A DNA stretch of 64,000 nucleotides, taken from Camelus dromedarius. Lineage: Eukaryota. The DNA is taken from the NCBI RefSeq assembly GCF_036321535.1, contig NC_087437.1:85996001-86060000 (forward strand), written 5' to 3'. Under the pieces are notes generated by a model. It was not told the origin of the DNA and did not search any database. It saw nothing but the letters and a program-made list of their open reading frames with translations. A program made the position numbers and the translations under genes. Shown piece by piece: positions 36,731-50,544 of this stretch; the first letter of the stretch is position 1, and the number at the start of each line of letters is the position of its first letter.

Positions 36731-37221
36731 ACCCCAGGTACATTTTTCCTTTAAGTCTAAAGCTCTAGCAATTCTCACTTAACAATGGACACAATTCTCC
36801 CTCTGCCTGGGTGGTGACAAATTAGGACAACCACTGAGAATGCTCAGCAATTCTTAAACAGTATGTTGAACAGCTTGGTAAAAGAATCCAGTTCAGCCAC
36901 AGGAATACCCTGTTCCTACTTAATGCACCAATTTAAGTTTTCCTTAAAATAAATAAATAAATAAAAGGTTTAACCTTCTTCATATTCATTACTACTTAGC
37001 ATTTTCCTTTTTAATTTCAAACATCAAGTTGATTTGAAATCTGCTGTTGTTTTAACAATAGGGCAGAGTTTGATATTTGGAATTTATACAGACATTTCTG
37101 AAAAGGCCACAGCTAAAGAGAATCTAAGCTTTCCAGTTTACAGGAAATATCACAAACATTAATTATGAACTGAAGTCTGTTTGCTAGTTTATTCTACCAG
37201 TGTGGCTCACATGTGGAATAA

Positions 37222-38290
37222 TCCCATTCAAACAATAGTTACTGAGCACCTAATGCATGCGAAGTGTTGTGCAAAGTCTATAGGGGATTTAGAGTGAAAT
37301 AAAGCAAAGCCCATCTTCATACTTCTAACCTTCTATTTGGGAAAATATCATTCGAGGTCATCTAGTTTAGGTGTTATGAACAATATACAAATAGATGTTT
37401 GAGAATTTGAGAGAGGACATAAAATTCATGCAAATAAGATCTCATGGATACGGTGGCTTTCAAGATGTGCTTTCAAGGAGGAATAGGATTATAATAGAGG
37501 AAGATGAGAGACAAGGTATTACAGTCCGTGAATAGCACAAAACCAAGAAATCAGATAGTACTTCCAGAGAGAAGCACATGATCTGCATTTGATTAGTACA
37601 CATGTTAAATCTGAGAAGCACTTGGATAGGGCACCTGCAGCAAAGTGAGAGAAAAGACGATAGCAAGGTAGTAGGGAGCCATTTCCTAGAGAAAGTATTA
37701 TGCTTTAATCAAAATTAAAAAAAAAAAAAAACAAAAAAAAAAAAACCACTGTTAGCCAGTAGGGACCATTGGTAGCCTTTGAACATGTGAGCCAGAGCTA
37801 TGCTTTAAGCAGATTAACATAACATGTATTTGCAGTGTAACTTACAAAGACTTTCAGATGTAGAGAGACCAACAGTTCACTCTTGCAATGGTATGAGAAG
37901 AGATGAATTATGATTGTAGAAGAAAAATGCAAAACTGAAGATGGATGAGAGAATATTTCAGAAGTAAAATATGCAAGTCTTGACAATTCTTTGAGTGTCA
38001 TAATGTCAAAGGAATGATACACGATAAGGAAAATTTATTCCTAGGCTTTGAACCTAAACAACTGGGAAAAAGAAGTGACATTAACAGAAAGAGGAATAAG
38101 GAGGGCAAGCTGGTTTAGGGTGTTGAGGAAATAATGAATTCAGATTTGGACAAATTAAACCTGATATATCAGCAAACATCAAAATGAGCCTATTTAACAG
38201 GCAGTTAGAAATGCAGTTTCAGTAGCTGGAAAAAGCTGAAAATAATAGAAATCATGTATGCAGAGATGATTGGTGGAAACGTGGAAATAT
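37222..38290 (-). mobile_element. L2 relic (continues at ~39385-39600 beyond the L1 insertion)
   Basis: Starts with the reverse L2 tail cattcaaacaatagttactgagcacctaatgcatgc, followed by typical L2 body sequence (aataatgaattcagatttggacaaatt). Confidence 0.7.
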
Positions 38291-38609
38291 TTGAAAACAC
38301 AAAAAATATAGGGAATCCACAAACAGTAAATGCTGGAGAGGGTGTGGAGAAAAGGGAACGTTCAGAGTTGGTGGGAATATAAATTGGTGCAGCCGCTATG
38401 GAAAACAGTATGAAGATTCCTTTAAAAAGTGAAAATAGACCTACCCTATGATCCAGTAATCCCACTCCCGGGCATATTATCAGGAGAAAACTCTAATTTG
38501 AAAAGATACATGCACCCCAGTGTTCATGGCAGCAACTATTTATATTAACCAAGACATGGAGGCAGTCTAAACGTCCACTGACAGATGATCAGATAAAGAA
38601 GATGTGGTG

Positions 38610-38640
<31 letters not shown>
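38610..38640. repeat. (TA)n(CA)n microsatellite
   Basis: Read directly. Confidence 0.95.
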
Positions 38641-38644
<4 letters not shown>

Positions 38645-38972
38645 GAATACTACTCAGCTTAAAAAAGAATGAAATAATGTCATTTGCAGCAATATGGATG
38701 GCCCTGGAGATCATTGTACTAAGTCGGAGAAAGACAAATATCATATAATATCACTTATATGTGGAATCTAAAAAAATGACACAAATGTAATTATTTACAA
38801 AGCAAAGACAGACTCACAGACACAGGAAACAAACTTACGGGTATCAAAGAGGAAAGGAGTTGGGGAGGGGTAAATTAGGAGTTTGGGATTAACAGATACA
38901 AACTACTATATACAAATAGATTAACAACAAGGTCCTACTGCATAGCACCCAGAAGTATATGTAATAGATTGT

Positions 38973-39305
38973 AATAATCTATAATGAAAAAGAATGAATA
39001 AATATATATATTTATATATGATTAAATATATATAATAAAAATAAATAAATAAAATATAATATATATAAATAATAAAGTATATAATATGTAAATTATATAA
39101 TTAAATATATAAATAATTATAATAAATATAATAAATATATTTATATACAATAATCTATAATGATAATCTATAAACTATATAATCTATAATGATAATCTAC
39201 AATAATCTATATACATAATAATCTATAATGAAAAGAATATGAATATATACTTTTTATATATGAATATATATATACACATACATATATATATATATAATGT
39301 ATAAT
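38973..39305. repeat. AT-rich low-complexity expansion with repeated aatctataat units
   Basis: Almost pure A/T at 38997-39147, then several ataatctata(atg) units. Confidence 0.9.
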
Positions 39306-39999
39306 GTATAACTGAATCAGTATGCTGTATACCAGAAACCAACACAACATTGTAAATCAAATATACTTCAATTTTAAAAAACTGAATGGGGATGTAAAAG
39401 AATCAAGAAAAGAAGCTCAGAGATTACTAACTTTAAGAAAAAGGATTAAAAGAGAGCAAAAAGTCCACAAGATGTAAGGGAAAACCAGAGTAGCATATGC
39501 CATTAAGACAGAGAAAGTTCGCCTTTCCAAGAAATAATGAGCCAGCATGGCAAGGCTGCCAAGGGGTCAGGAAGAAAGTGTGCTACTTTATCACAACTGA
39601 AGTCCATTTTGGTAATCAAATACTCATTACTATTTAATTTTAATATTTATTTAAAGCTCTCTTATAAATTGGTATCATCTGTTTTTCCCAGTATTTCTGA
39701 AGTACCATAGAATAAAAGTAATGCAAAGCAACATGAATTTATTATGGAACAAAAATCAATGCAACAATATTAACATGTTTCAGCTTATTTGGTACTGTAT
39801 CTATGACTCTAAAAAATCAGCTATACAAACAGTAATATGTATTTCCTGCATATAACTTCAAAGGATCCATATTGGTAACTCAATCTTTTTGAAGCCATTA
39901 ATAAACCAATAATTTTTTTCATTGCTGTTACATGGATTGCAATATAAATTAACTCATATTCTGAGTAGAGTTAAAAAAGTAATAGCTGTGAACTTGCTT

Positions 40000-40110
40000 T
40001 GTGAACACTGGAAAGTCATAACTTCTCTGGTCTCAGCTCTTTCCTCTGTTATAACCTGTAGGGGCTGACGAAATCTCTAAGGCACTCTCCTGACTTGATA
40101 TATATTCTAA
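40000..40110 (+). mobile_element. MIR3-type relic
   Basis: ggaaagtcataacttctctggtctcagctctttcctctgtta...ggggctgacgaaatctctaagg. Confidence 0.55.
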
Positions 40111-41299
40111 AATATTCCTGAAATATTGTTTTTACTAATTCACTTCCTAATTATACAAAGATGGCTCTGATTAAAGGAGTGAAAGCTGCAAGATGAAGAA
40201 TAATATGACAAACTATAGATCTCACATACATATCAAGAAGGATGTACGTATGAAGTTCAAAATACTTTATTGTGGAGAGATTCCAGACACGTGATAAGAG
40301 ACAGGAAATATAACCTTGGATGCTCAGCTCTACTGCCCCAGGGAAGAGCAACATTATTCTGAAAACAACATTGTTTTAAGAAAATTGTTAGGCAAAAACA
40401 GAGATCTATTGGGAAATATCCAGCAAATATTAACAAGAGACCATCAGAGCTCTGCCATTATTAAAAATGACCATTTAATTCTTTTAAAAAATAGATAACA
40501 CACACCTAGGTCCTTTAAGGAGATTTTCTCATACCGAAGAGGCTGGGCTAAATTCAATACTCAAGTGCTTAGGAGTCACTTGAAAGAATCTCTGCCAGGA
40601 AGATGGATGGTTGTCTAAGCCCAGCGCCACCGCAGACCATTGGAGACCTCGACATCAGGGCCTGCATTTTAGAAATCTCTCAATCTTCAGCAGTTACAAG
40701 GCTCACTTTGATCATATGGGAAAGATGGTTTCAAGGGGGGGGGGGGTCTACCATCTATTCTCAACTATGTTCAGTAATTTACAGAAAAATGTTAACCTAA
40801 ATCTGGATTTTTCCTTAGCTTCTAATTGTTAATGGCAGAAGCAGATAAAGAGACTAATTGGACTAATTCATCAGAATAAATTGTAAATGATAAATAAATG
40901 CATTGCAGGTTAACCTCATAGCTTTGTTAAACACAGTACTGATTCATTTATAGAAAACTTTGAAATAGCTAATTGGCCTTTTTACTGACAAGTTTTTTTT
41001 TTTTAACCAAATAAAGAAGGCCAGATAAGACACTTTATTTTACTAAGTCCATATTTATTTTTTAATTTTTGTTTTACCAGCTTTCATAATATTTAAAATA
41101 GTGAAAACAGTCATTTAAGGTTTAATTTAGAGGCATTAAAAAAAAAAATACCTGAGACTTTAGACCTTACATAAAAGTTGCAGATTAAATGAATGTCTGT
41201 AAATTAAATCTTGTTTCCTAAAATTGTGTTCAAATAAAAAAAATGTTATCCCTGAATAATAATGTAATGTATCCTTGCTACTGCTGCAAACTTTTACAA

Positions 41300-41830
41300 A
41301 CATATGTAAAGGGATAAGGCAGGGATAGGGGTATCATGCTCTACTGGTGGATGTGTAAACTAGTAAATTTTTCTGGAGGAAAATTTGACAATTTGAATCA
41401 AAATCATTAAAAATATATTTGATTAAAAATTCTACTTTCCTAAGAAAATAATTATGGCTACAGAAAACATTCTACTACAAGAGGTTTTCTTGAATGCATA
41501 TTCATAATAGAAAATAAATAAAAAAATAAATAAATATCCAATAAAAATAGCATATTACTTAAATTATGAGCCTGATATCATATAGCCATATACTGGACGA
41601 TTATGCAAAATGAGGGAAATGCTGTTTAATATGCTAAAAGAGGGAAAATATTTATGATATCCTTTTAAATTACTTTAAAAGCTAAGAAAACATTATTATT
41701 ATAGTTTTACACATTATACATTTATATGTTATACATTTTATTTTGTATATTTATATATGTTATATTTTATATTACAGTATTATTCCATTCTTATAAATAG
41801 CATTTATGTATTTTATATACGCACGGAGAA
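41300..41830 (+). mobile_element. Ancient L1 (L1ME-type) 3' relic
   Basis: actggtggatgtgtaaactagt...tttctggaggaaaatttgacaat...aattctactttcctaagaaaataat. Confidence 0.6.
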
Positions 41831-42090
41831 TGGGTCTAGTTTGGCAAGCTTTCGTGAGAGACACTATCAGTCACTTCATATTGTGGGTGGAAATAATTCA
41901 CATTAGAGCATTTTATTCTGAAAAATAATGATACTCTAATTCTATCATATTTTCAATTAGCTGCAATAATTTTATAAAGAGATACTTCCCTTTTCTACCA
42001 TTTGGTCAGCCAGTGGTACAGTTCAAGAGGGCAACACAAATGCCTTATTCTTTCCCTTTATAATCCATTTCCCAAGATGTTGATATTTTG
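41830..42090 (-). mobile_element. L1MC-type 3'UTR relic (probably continuing to ~42700)
   Basis: ttttctaccatttggtcagcc...ggtacagttca...aaatgccttattctttcccttta resembles the reverse L1MC4/5 3'UTR. Confidence 0.45.
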
Positions 42091-42094
42091 CACC

Positions 42095-42253
42095 TCTTGG
42101 GGAGTGATGGAAACGGTAGATATCTTGATTGTGTTGGTGGTTTCATTGGTGTATGCATCTGTCAAAACTCACCAAATTGTACATCTGAAATATGTGTAGT
42201 TTATTGTACAGGAATTATACCACAATAAAGATGTTTTAAAAAAAAAAAAAAAA
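42095..42253 (+). mobile_element. Short L1M 3' terminal fragment with poly(A)
   Basis: ggagtgatggaaa...tatcttgattgtgttggtggtttca...tgtcaaaactcaccaaattgtaca...caataaag, then a run of 16 A. Confidence 0.85.
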
Positions 42254-42974
42254 GAAGGTTCATGGGGGTTGGCCAAGCCCAGATCCTTAAACCTACTCAC
42301 CCACTATGGGAACAGGAGAAACCCTTCCACATCTAGCTGTTTTTCTCTAATCCACACACCACACTTTTCAGTGAGTACTATGGCTATTTTATGAGTACCT
42401 ATCTCAGGTCCTTCAGTCCCCATTACTTCCTTTTGCTTCTTCTGATAAAGATGTTATTACTATGCACGTTTTGTGGCTGTTGGTGATTGGACCCCACCTC
42501 TTATATTTTGAAATTCAAAGGAATAACTCATGAACTAGTTTTGTTATAAAGCTTGACTATGAGTTTTTTTGCCTTCCAGTTGTCACCATATTCCCAGAAT
42601 TTCCCAAGATATACTACTTTTAGATACAGATATAGGTATCGATATCACTACAGATACAGATTTAAATGCAAACAAAGTTTCAACTACAGGAAAAGATTCA
42701 GCTATAGACATATATATATAAATATGTACAAATAAAAATTACTAGCAGAATAAGCATTGAATATATATACTAGCAGGTTAACGAAATTACGGATGGCTTT
42801 TTCTTTGTTTTGATAATAATTTTTTTAAGTCAAAAAAAAAAAAAACAAGCAAAGCTAGTACTTAGAGGTTTATGAAAACTCCTATTATCTTCTCAGGGGT
42901 TTGTGGGAATGGCCTTTTTCCGTTCCCATCAGCATCTATACTCCAGTCACATCAAATTCAATTACCTTTTTTCT

Positions 42975-43896
42975 TGCTCAACATCAGTAATCATCTGAGA
43001 AATGCAGATTAAAACCACAATGAGGTATCACTTCACACCAATCAGAATGGCTGTCATCAAAACGACAACAAATAACAAACATTGGAAAGGATGTGGAGAA
43101 AAGAAAACCCTAATACACTATTCATGGGAATGGAAATTGGTGCAGCCACTGTGGAAAACAGTACGGAGATTTCTCAAAAAACTAAAAATAGAACTACAAA
43201 AATAGAACGTGGCAATTCCAGTCCTGGGTATATATCTGAAAAAAAGAAAAATACTAATTTGAAAAGATACATGCAAACAAATGTTTACAGAAGCATTATT
43301 TATAATTGCTAGGATATGGAAGCAACCTAAGTGTCCATCAATAGATGAATGGATAAAGAAGATGTGGTGTATATATAACAATGGAATACTATTCAAACAT
43401 AAAAAAGAATGAAATTTTGCCACTTGTAACTACATGGATGGACTAGGAGTGTATTATTCTAAGTGAAATAAGTCAAGCAGAGAAAGACAAATACTGTGTA
43501 TTACTTACATGTGGAATATAAAGTCTAAAACAAACTAGTGAATATAATAATAATAACAATAATAACAATAATAATAATAATAATAATAATAATAAAGATC
43601 CAGACTCACAGATATAGAAAACAAACTAGTGGCTACCAGTGGAGAGAGGGAAGAGGGAAGGGGCAAGATAGCGGCAGGGAATAACCTAAGAGGTTAGAAC
43701 TACTATGTATGAAGTAAATAAGCTACAAAGATACACTGTACAACACAGGGAATACAGCCAATATTTTCTAATAGCCACAAATGGAATATAACCTTTAAAA
43801 ATTGTGAATCACTGTGCTGTACACTTGAAATTTATGTAATATTGTACATCAACTATACCTCAGTAAAAATTTTTTCAAATTTAAAAATTAAAAAAA
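42975..43896 (+). mobile_element. L1 (L1MA-type) 3' fragment
   Basis: Encodes [20 protein letters not shown]...LVQPLWKTV (ORF2 C-terminus), then a 3'UTR ending catcaactatacctcag and an A-rich tail. Confidence 0.93.
43545..43595. repeat. (AAT)n microsatellite with AAC interruptions
   Basis: Read directly. Confidence 0.95.
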
Positions 43897-44592
43897 GGTG
43901 TAATTCAAGTATCTTTCTCAGTTCAGCTAGTTGACATATGCGTTCTTTAAGGGAAAATGGCTCACTGTTTATTCTTCCCAACCCTGCAGTTTTGAGTGTG
44001 GATTCCATGCTTTGAGTGCTCCAGTCTTCTTGGTATATATATGCAAGTCCAACGTCTCCTATTCCATTACAAACTTCTTTTCTTGGAATAGTGCATAGCT
44101 TTTGCTTTTCAAACATTCTTCAGCTTTTAGACTAACATCTCCAATAGAAAATTATAAAAGTCTACTTAGGAACTATAAAGTCAGGAATTTGACTCTCTTT
44201 CTGAGTTCTTTTTTTCCTTTTTTCCTTAGGGCAGCAGCCCTCACACTCATGTATAGTTTAATCATGAGAGCCATAGAGTTAAAAGACAAGGACCAAGAAG
44301 GAAAAACAAAGTGGGCAGTATTTCAAAATGTAATCCATTTTCACTTCTATATACAAGTGACTGTCTCTGGAGAGTGACAATACCCATGTTTACAGGTGTT
44401 ACAATGTTGACACTAACTCTTTTGTGGGCATGAGTTCACCATTTGGTTACCATCAGACATCTTCACGGTAATTTACAGTCCTTATTATTGTATACTGATG
44501 CCTAACATCAATTAAATTTGGCTGTTGCTGCTCTCAAAGAGCAGAAGAGAGAAGCAACAGTGACCACTAAAATAACATTTTGCATTTAAGGT

Positions 44593-44949
44593 TGTTAAAA
44601 GATAAGCTGGGCATAATAAAAATCAAGAGTTTTTTGAGTAAAAATTTATTTGAATCAGGCAGTGCCAACCCGGAAGTGATTAGGAGTCCTCTACTGGCAG
44701 GAGCTAGGGGATAGACTTTTATAAAAAGAAAAGAGGAGGAAGCAAAGCAAGGAAATTATTTGATTGACTGTAGCTTAAGTGGTTGCCTCATTTGGGAAAG
44801 CCTAGCTGGCTGTTTGAGATTGATTGTCCTTACGTTTCAATTTCTGAACCTTGAGGCATTAGAGGCTTAGGATCCAGTTTGCTTATGCAAGCTACTCAGG
44901 TAATAAAGCCACCTCAGCCTAACGGCCTCCTTGTTTAGCTAACTTAACA
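44593..44949 (-). mobile_element. ERV1-class solo LTR (357 bp)
   Basis: TGTTAA...TTAACA termini and perfect 4-bp TSD aggt (44589-44592 and 44950-44953). Minus-strand TATAAAA (~44720) lies upstream of a minus-strand AATAAA (~44648). Confidence 0.85.
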
Positions 44950-45709
44950 AGGTTTTCTCCCTTTCCTTTAAAGGGATTTCTAAAACAAAAAGTCCCCTGA
45001 AACATGTCCTTTCTCCTCTTTGGATTCATTGCCCTCGCTGCTTTTCCCACAGGTTTCACCATGAGATAACTGGTATGCAAGCATCAGACAGGTACTTGAG
45101 GGTGGATGTTCGGGAATTCTCAGCTGGACAGGCAGCAGCTGCCATGGGGCTTTCCCCTCAGCAATACTCTCCACCAACTCTGAAGGGCCACATTATCTCA
45201 CATCTTCCAGGAATTGAAATAGTCAAGGGAAACCCTATCATGATTTTGTCCTGAAATTATGTTCCCAATAAGTGCATTCCCTTCTTCATGGCTACCCTTC
45301 AGCAACTTTGGCTTTTGATTAATTTAGCTGTTAATGACTGATAATAAAAGTCACTGTACACCAAAAGCTACTCCATTTGTTCCTTTACCCAGTGGAATGG
45401 TGCTTGAAAAAAATATAAGATTATGAAATTGCCTTTTAAATGGCTTCAGTGGTTTATAAATAAAATGTATTCCTATAAATAATTCTGAAGATTTGTGGAT
45501 AAAGTCAATCTCAACAGACTGACAAATGGAATCCTGAAAGTACTGCAAATTAAATGTTTATATGTGGTTATAGTTTATCCCTTAATTTCTGCAGTAGGTT
45601 TTGAAACAATATATATTATGGAAGAAAATAAAAATAATAATACTTATATTTATATAAGCATTCATAACACTTGCACATATATACTTCATTTGATTTTTAG
45701 TTGTGTAGT

Positions 45710-45930
45710 CTATTTAATAAGTATTTACTGAGTGTTTATCATGTGTCAGGCACTAAACTAGGAACAGGGGGTACAATGAAGTGTAAGGGCCCTCTACAAG
45801 CAGTGGTGAAGGAGGCATCTTTAAATATATAAGGAAATAGTTTCACAAAGATTAAGTGATTTGCCAAGGTAACTGATAGGTAAGTTGGTAACAGAACTAG
45901 AACCAGTATTCACTCTGTGAGACTCTGATT
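45710..45930 (-). mobile_element. L2 tail followed by MIR relic
   Basis: atttaataagtatttactgagtgtttatcatgtgtcaggcact, then aaggaaatag...attaagtgatttgccaaggt...gtaacagaactagaaccag. Confidence 0.6.
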
Positions 45931-47029
45931 TCATGTCAACTACTGACACTCCAATTGGATCATTTGGTCTAGTAACGTGACTGTATATTTATAATTTCCT
46001 CATCCATAATAAAATCAAAAGTAACACTTCTGGCTGCAGAAAAATCTGCTTTTACTTGAAACCAAATTTTCACCCAGATTTGTGTCTGTAGCATAGAAAC
46101 ATTTTTATACACAATCAAGTGAACACAAACTCCCAGTTCAACATTGGCAGGCTTTGGTCTTTGTTCTATTTGGGGACTTTGAGGTGAAAGCAGTCGAGGA
46201 AAGAGAGACTTTGTCCCTGAACTGGATTTGTTCATCTAAAATTATGCTGGTGCTCATTACCTATTCAGTGACTCACTAGCCTATCAGTCTACTGTAGAAA
46301 TAAAAGCTGCAGTTACTTTTCTTTCTTTAATCTCCCTGTTCTTAATTGCCATATTGACAAAAAAGAAACAGTTGTTTACTTTCCAAATTCTCTGGAGCAC
46401 CAGCCAAATTAATCCTTTTAAGCGGTGTTTCTTCAGCTCCAGAAACAAGTAGCATGCAAACTAGCTAACGACTCCCTTAAGAGGCAGCAAACACAAGATG
46501 CCTAGACATTAACCTTGACTGGGAGAGCCCTGCAGGCATTTGCTTCTCACTCTGGAAATAGCCCTGAGGTTTTGAGGAGAAGGAGGGAAATAACTAGGGT
46601 TAGATAAAGGAGTAGGCCTGCTGGGTACCCACCCCAGCTCCCTGAGGTGTCAATCTGTAAGGGAGAGCCTGGTAAACACCTTCCCTCAGGCCGTTCCCTT
46701 TCTTTCTGGAAAACAGAGTCCAAATTTTGTTCCCAACAGCAGTATGTCCAGTCTGAGTAATGCATCATGATCCATCTGAACTAATCCTGATGTCTCCCTT
46801 TGAAAGATACTTTCATTCCTAGCCTCCCTTGCAGCTACAGGTGACTATCTGACCTGATTCTGGACAATATTATGAGACAAATAAAATGTTAGAGCTGTGC
46901 TGGCTGGTGCCACCCCCTTCTTCTTCCTTCTTTTTTGGAGCACTGCTGTGATGCTGTGCCCACAACCAAGAGGTAAGGAGAAGGGCATTCCAGAGGAAGT
47001 GAGACCTAAACGTTAGGTGGAAATTATCA

Positions 47030-48130
47030 GAGTAAAGAGGGTAAGGAACAGAGCTCCACAAAGAAAGAGAACTCAGTATACATGCCTAGAGACAAGAAGC
47101 ATCACGGAAACTTGAAGAACATGTAGGAAATTTAATACAAATTATAAAGCATGAGACTGTGAGTGGTAAGAAATAAATTGGACAGATAGAGAATGATCAG
47201 ATCGTGAAGGGCACTGTAAGCCACACTAGGGCGTTTATATTTTACACTAAAAGCAAATGAGAGCTATTGAAAGCTTTTAATCAGAGAAGTGACAGGATTA
47301 GATTAAGACCTTAGACAGGAAATATGTGGGAATTTATTAGGGATTGGAGAAACATAAAAATTACTGTTGTAATATTTTTGATGAGGGATAACACAGGCCA
47401 GAGTAAGTAGTAAAAATGGTACTGGAGACAGTTGGATTAAATGTACAAATATTTAGAAGGCAGAATAAAAAGGGCCCTGTAAATGAATGAATCTAAAGGA
47501 AAAAGACAAAAATTAGGGTTGTCTCCTAGTTTCTGGCTCTGGCAGCTATGTAGATGTGGACGATATAAATCACTGAAAAGGGAGGGAGGAAGAAGACCAG
47601 GTTTAAGGGAAGTTGAGGGTTTTCTGAGCTCTCCAAGGAGAGAGAGGACTCTGAGACTCAGGAATGAGACCAGTATCAAGGCCAGAGGAGGGTCCATGCA
47701 CTTTCAGATAACAGGGTGAATGCTGGTGTGATTGAGGCAGAGACATGGAATAACCCTGAAATGGCCTGTCATTTTAAGGTAGTAGATCTCAAACTTGACT
47801 GTGTGTAAGATGAACTCAGAGAAATTTGCTACAAGGCAGATTCTTGGGCTCTACCACTAGGAGATTTCTCTTTGGGAGGCCAAGTCTTGAATCAAAACTG
47901 CATTTTTAGTAGGAATCATTTTATAATGATTATCATGCATGCAGATAAACCAAGGATCTTACTTGGAGAAACACTGATTTAAGGAAGAAGACAAAGACAT
48001 GAAAGAACTCAGAGAGCTAGGAAGAGGATCAAGAACTGTGTGCTGTGAGGAAGAGTGGGAGCATTTCAGAAACTAGAGACAGTCAGCAGTGCCAAAATTA
48101 AAATGAAAAGTTAGGCTGAGTTTTACTTTA
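47030..48130 (-). mobile_element. L2 relic interrupted by a MER5B-type MITE (~47780-47977)
   Basis: cagatcgtgaagggcactgtaagccacactagg...gagagctattgaaagcttttaatcagagaagtgac. MITE: tctcaaacttgactgtgtgtaagat...cttggagaaacactg. Confidence 0.65.
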
Positions 48131-48396
48131 GTGCTTTAAGCAACACTGAAATCCCACCAAAGGCAATGAGAAGTCACCAAATACAAGAAGAAAGAGTTGA
48201 ATATTTTCTTGTTTGTTTTCTGACATTTAGTTGCAATTCACTAGCTACTTTTAAAGATTTAAGTACACTTCTTCAAATGTCCTATACAGAGAGATTTTTC
48301 TTATAAACTGTTTTTAAGTTCTGTTTAAAATACTTCAAAATTATTTTCCCTTTAAACATAAAAATAAGTATTACAAATATCAAACCCAAAAAGGAA

Positions 48397-48890
48397 TGAA
48401 GAATGGTAGAATATGCCACCAGAAAATACGTCTCTTTGACATAAGGATTATTTTGAGAAACAGACACAGGAGAACCTCTGAAAATACAGTAGAAGTGAAC
48501 TTCTTACAAGGAAAATTTACACTTACAAAGGAAGGCTCCATTTGTGAGGGTGTACCAAGAAGAGGACTTACTAGAAACTCCTATCATTGGAGAGAGCACC
48601 AACTTAAATCTGTATCACAAGCCTTACTCTTATTTACCATACTTTTCCTGGTCACCTCTCTACAACCAGCCTCCCCAACACCCTTTTGTCTTTAGCTGAA
48701 GATGATATGTAAGCCTGAATTTTAAGCCATATATGAGAGATCCTCACTTTTTCCTTGGTATCTCCCTTGTATACGTGAGTTATACATGTTAATAAACTCC
48801 TGTTTGTTTACTCTTGCTAATCTTTTGTTATAGGGGCCCCAGCAGAGAAGTTAAAAAAGTAGAGGGAAAATTATATTTTCCTCCCCTACA
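48397..48890 (+). mobile_element. MER34A-type ERV1 solo LTR
   Basis: agaatatgccaccagaaaatacgtctctttgacataaggattattttgag...tatacatgttaataaac...agagggaaaattatattttcctcccctaca matches recalled MER34A, with TG...CA termini. Confidence 0.88.
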
Positions 48891-49514
48891 GAAGGTAGGA
48901 TTAATACTACAGATAAGTAGCAGAAAATTACATATTCTATTATTGAGAAATGAATGTATGATTAACATAAGAACATGCAAACTGGTTATTTGATGAGTTT
49001 TGATAGAAAGAAAGATGATGTACTTTGAGTTTGGCTTCTGATTATAAAACAAAAATGTTGTTTTTAAGAGAAAAAAAATCCAAGACTGAATAAAAATCTA
49101 GTCTCAATAGACTCCGTGTTCATGGCGTGAATCCACAAACTAGAGCATTAGGAACGGATCATGTATTAAATGTGAAAAAAATTAGTTACAAGGAAAATTA
49201 TGAGAATTTCAACTTAGAAATAAATTAAGAAAATGTATAAGATGTCACTGAGCAAATTTCTAAGAAACAAAACCTTCTGGTCTCTCTCTAGTGGCTTATG
49301 AAACAAAAAAAGCCTGGTCAATGATGCATGAAAAAGGTGACAGAGAGTAGCTGTAAAATGTGTTCCATTTCTTTTGGAGATTAATTAATTTAAATCAAGT
49401 ATATATAGGTGCTAAATTTATATGACTGAAACCTGAAAGGTAAAAACAAATTGTAAGAGCTCCTTGTGTGCAAGTGAGCCAAGTAATCACCTCTAGGATT
49501 GTCTCACCTTAGTC

Positions 49515-49667
49515 AAGGAAGGAAGGAAGGAAGGAAAGAGGGAAGGAGGGGAGAAAGGAAGGTGGGAAAGAGGGAAGGAGGGAAGGAAGGAAGGAAGGAG
49601 GGAAGGAGGGAAGAAAGGAAGGCGAGAAAGAGGGAAGGAGGGAAGGAAGGAAGGAAGGAAGGAGGAA
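49515..49667. repeat. Polypurine (GGAA/GGGA)n repeat with a 60-bp higher-order period
   Basis: The lines starting 49561 and 49621 align almost base for base at an offset of 60. Confidence 0.95.
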
Positions 49668-50544
49668 TACTATTCTGCTAGACTGTCAGGTAGCCTAGAA
49701 GCTCTGCCGTTGCTTTTTTTCCATCACAAAAATTCAACTCTTAAGTTCACAAACCCAATTGTCTTTGAAAGACATCTTGTCAATTATCTTCCTATTTCAC
49801 AGTGTAGCCAAGCCAATTTGGTGACCACAACAGTTCTTCCCCATTATTTGATCATGCTCTATAAGCTCCAGTAAGAAACAGATTTTAATGCCATTCCATT
49901 TCAAGATCAACTTGAGTGCACTGTTCTTACATTCTACTTCTAGTTAGTATTGTGATTGTTTCTGAGTTTGCCTTATAACAGATATTTACACTTTGGATAA
50001 CTTTTCTTTAAATGCCTGCCCACTAGAAACTTCCACTATTTGGCTAAGAAAAAGTGACAGATTTCCATGGCTTGACACTCCTTGTATCATGACTCCAACA
50101 TAACAGGGTCACTCAGATCAGAATGACATTACAACAGCAATTGTTCTGGTCTCTCCCTTGTTACAGTCATTATCTTTGGTCATTTTATTTAAATGCATCA
50201 TTTAGTTTGACAGCAAATTGCATGACAGAATAAAAAGGACCTTGTGGGGGTGAAAAAACATCCCTAAGTAAAATTGATTTAATATTAAATAACTTCAAGG
50301 TTAACTCTCTAAAATGAGTTGCTGGCTTGCCACATCTCCTTTACTAAGAAGAGCACTGGCATAGCTAAACTGGGCCATTTAACCTTGAGGGTCAGAGAAA
50401 CAAAGTAGGCTGTTGAAGCCTTTAAGGATATATATATATATATAAAAAACTCAACAATTATTTTTTAAAAACTAAGTCATTTACAAAAATATATTTCAAA
50501 CATTAGTAAGTAGGGCCAAGGATTTTTAACTTATTCTCAATTTT

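Larger units (their letters stand above)
38313..39381 (+). mobile_element. L1 3' fragment (ORF2 end plus 3'UTR) containing a (TA)n(CA)n microsatellite and an AT-rich expansion
   Basis: aaatgctggagagggtgtggagaaaagggaac...tatgatccagtaatcccactcc...gtaaatcaaatatacttcaattttaaaaa. Confidence 0.93.

Noticed and set aside
49499..49681. 60-aa GRKE-rich ORF
   Set aside because: Translation of the GGAA repeat.
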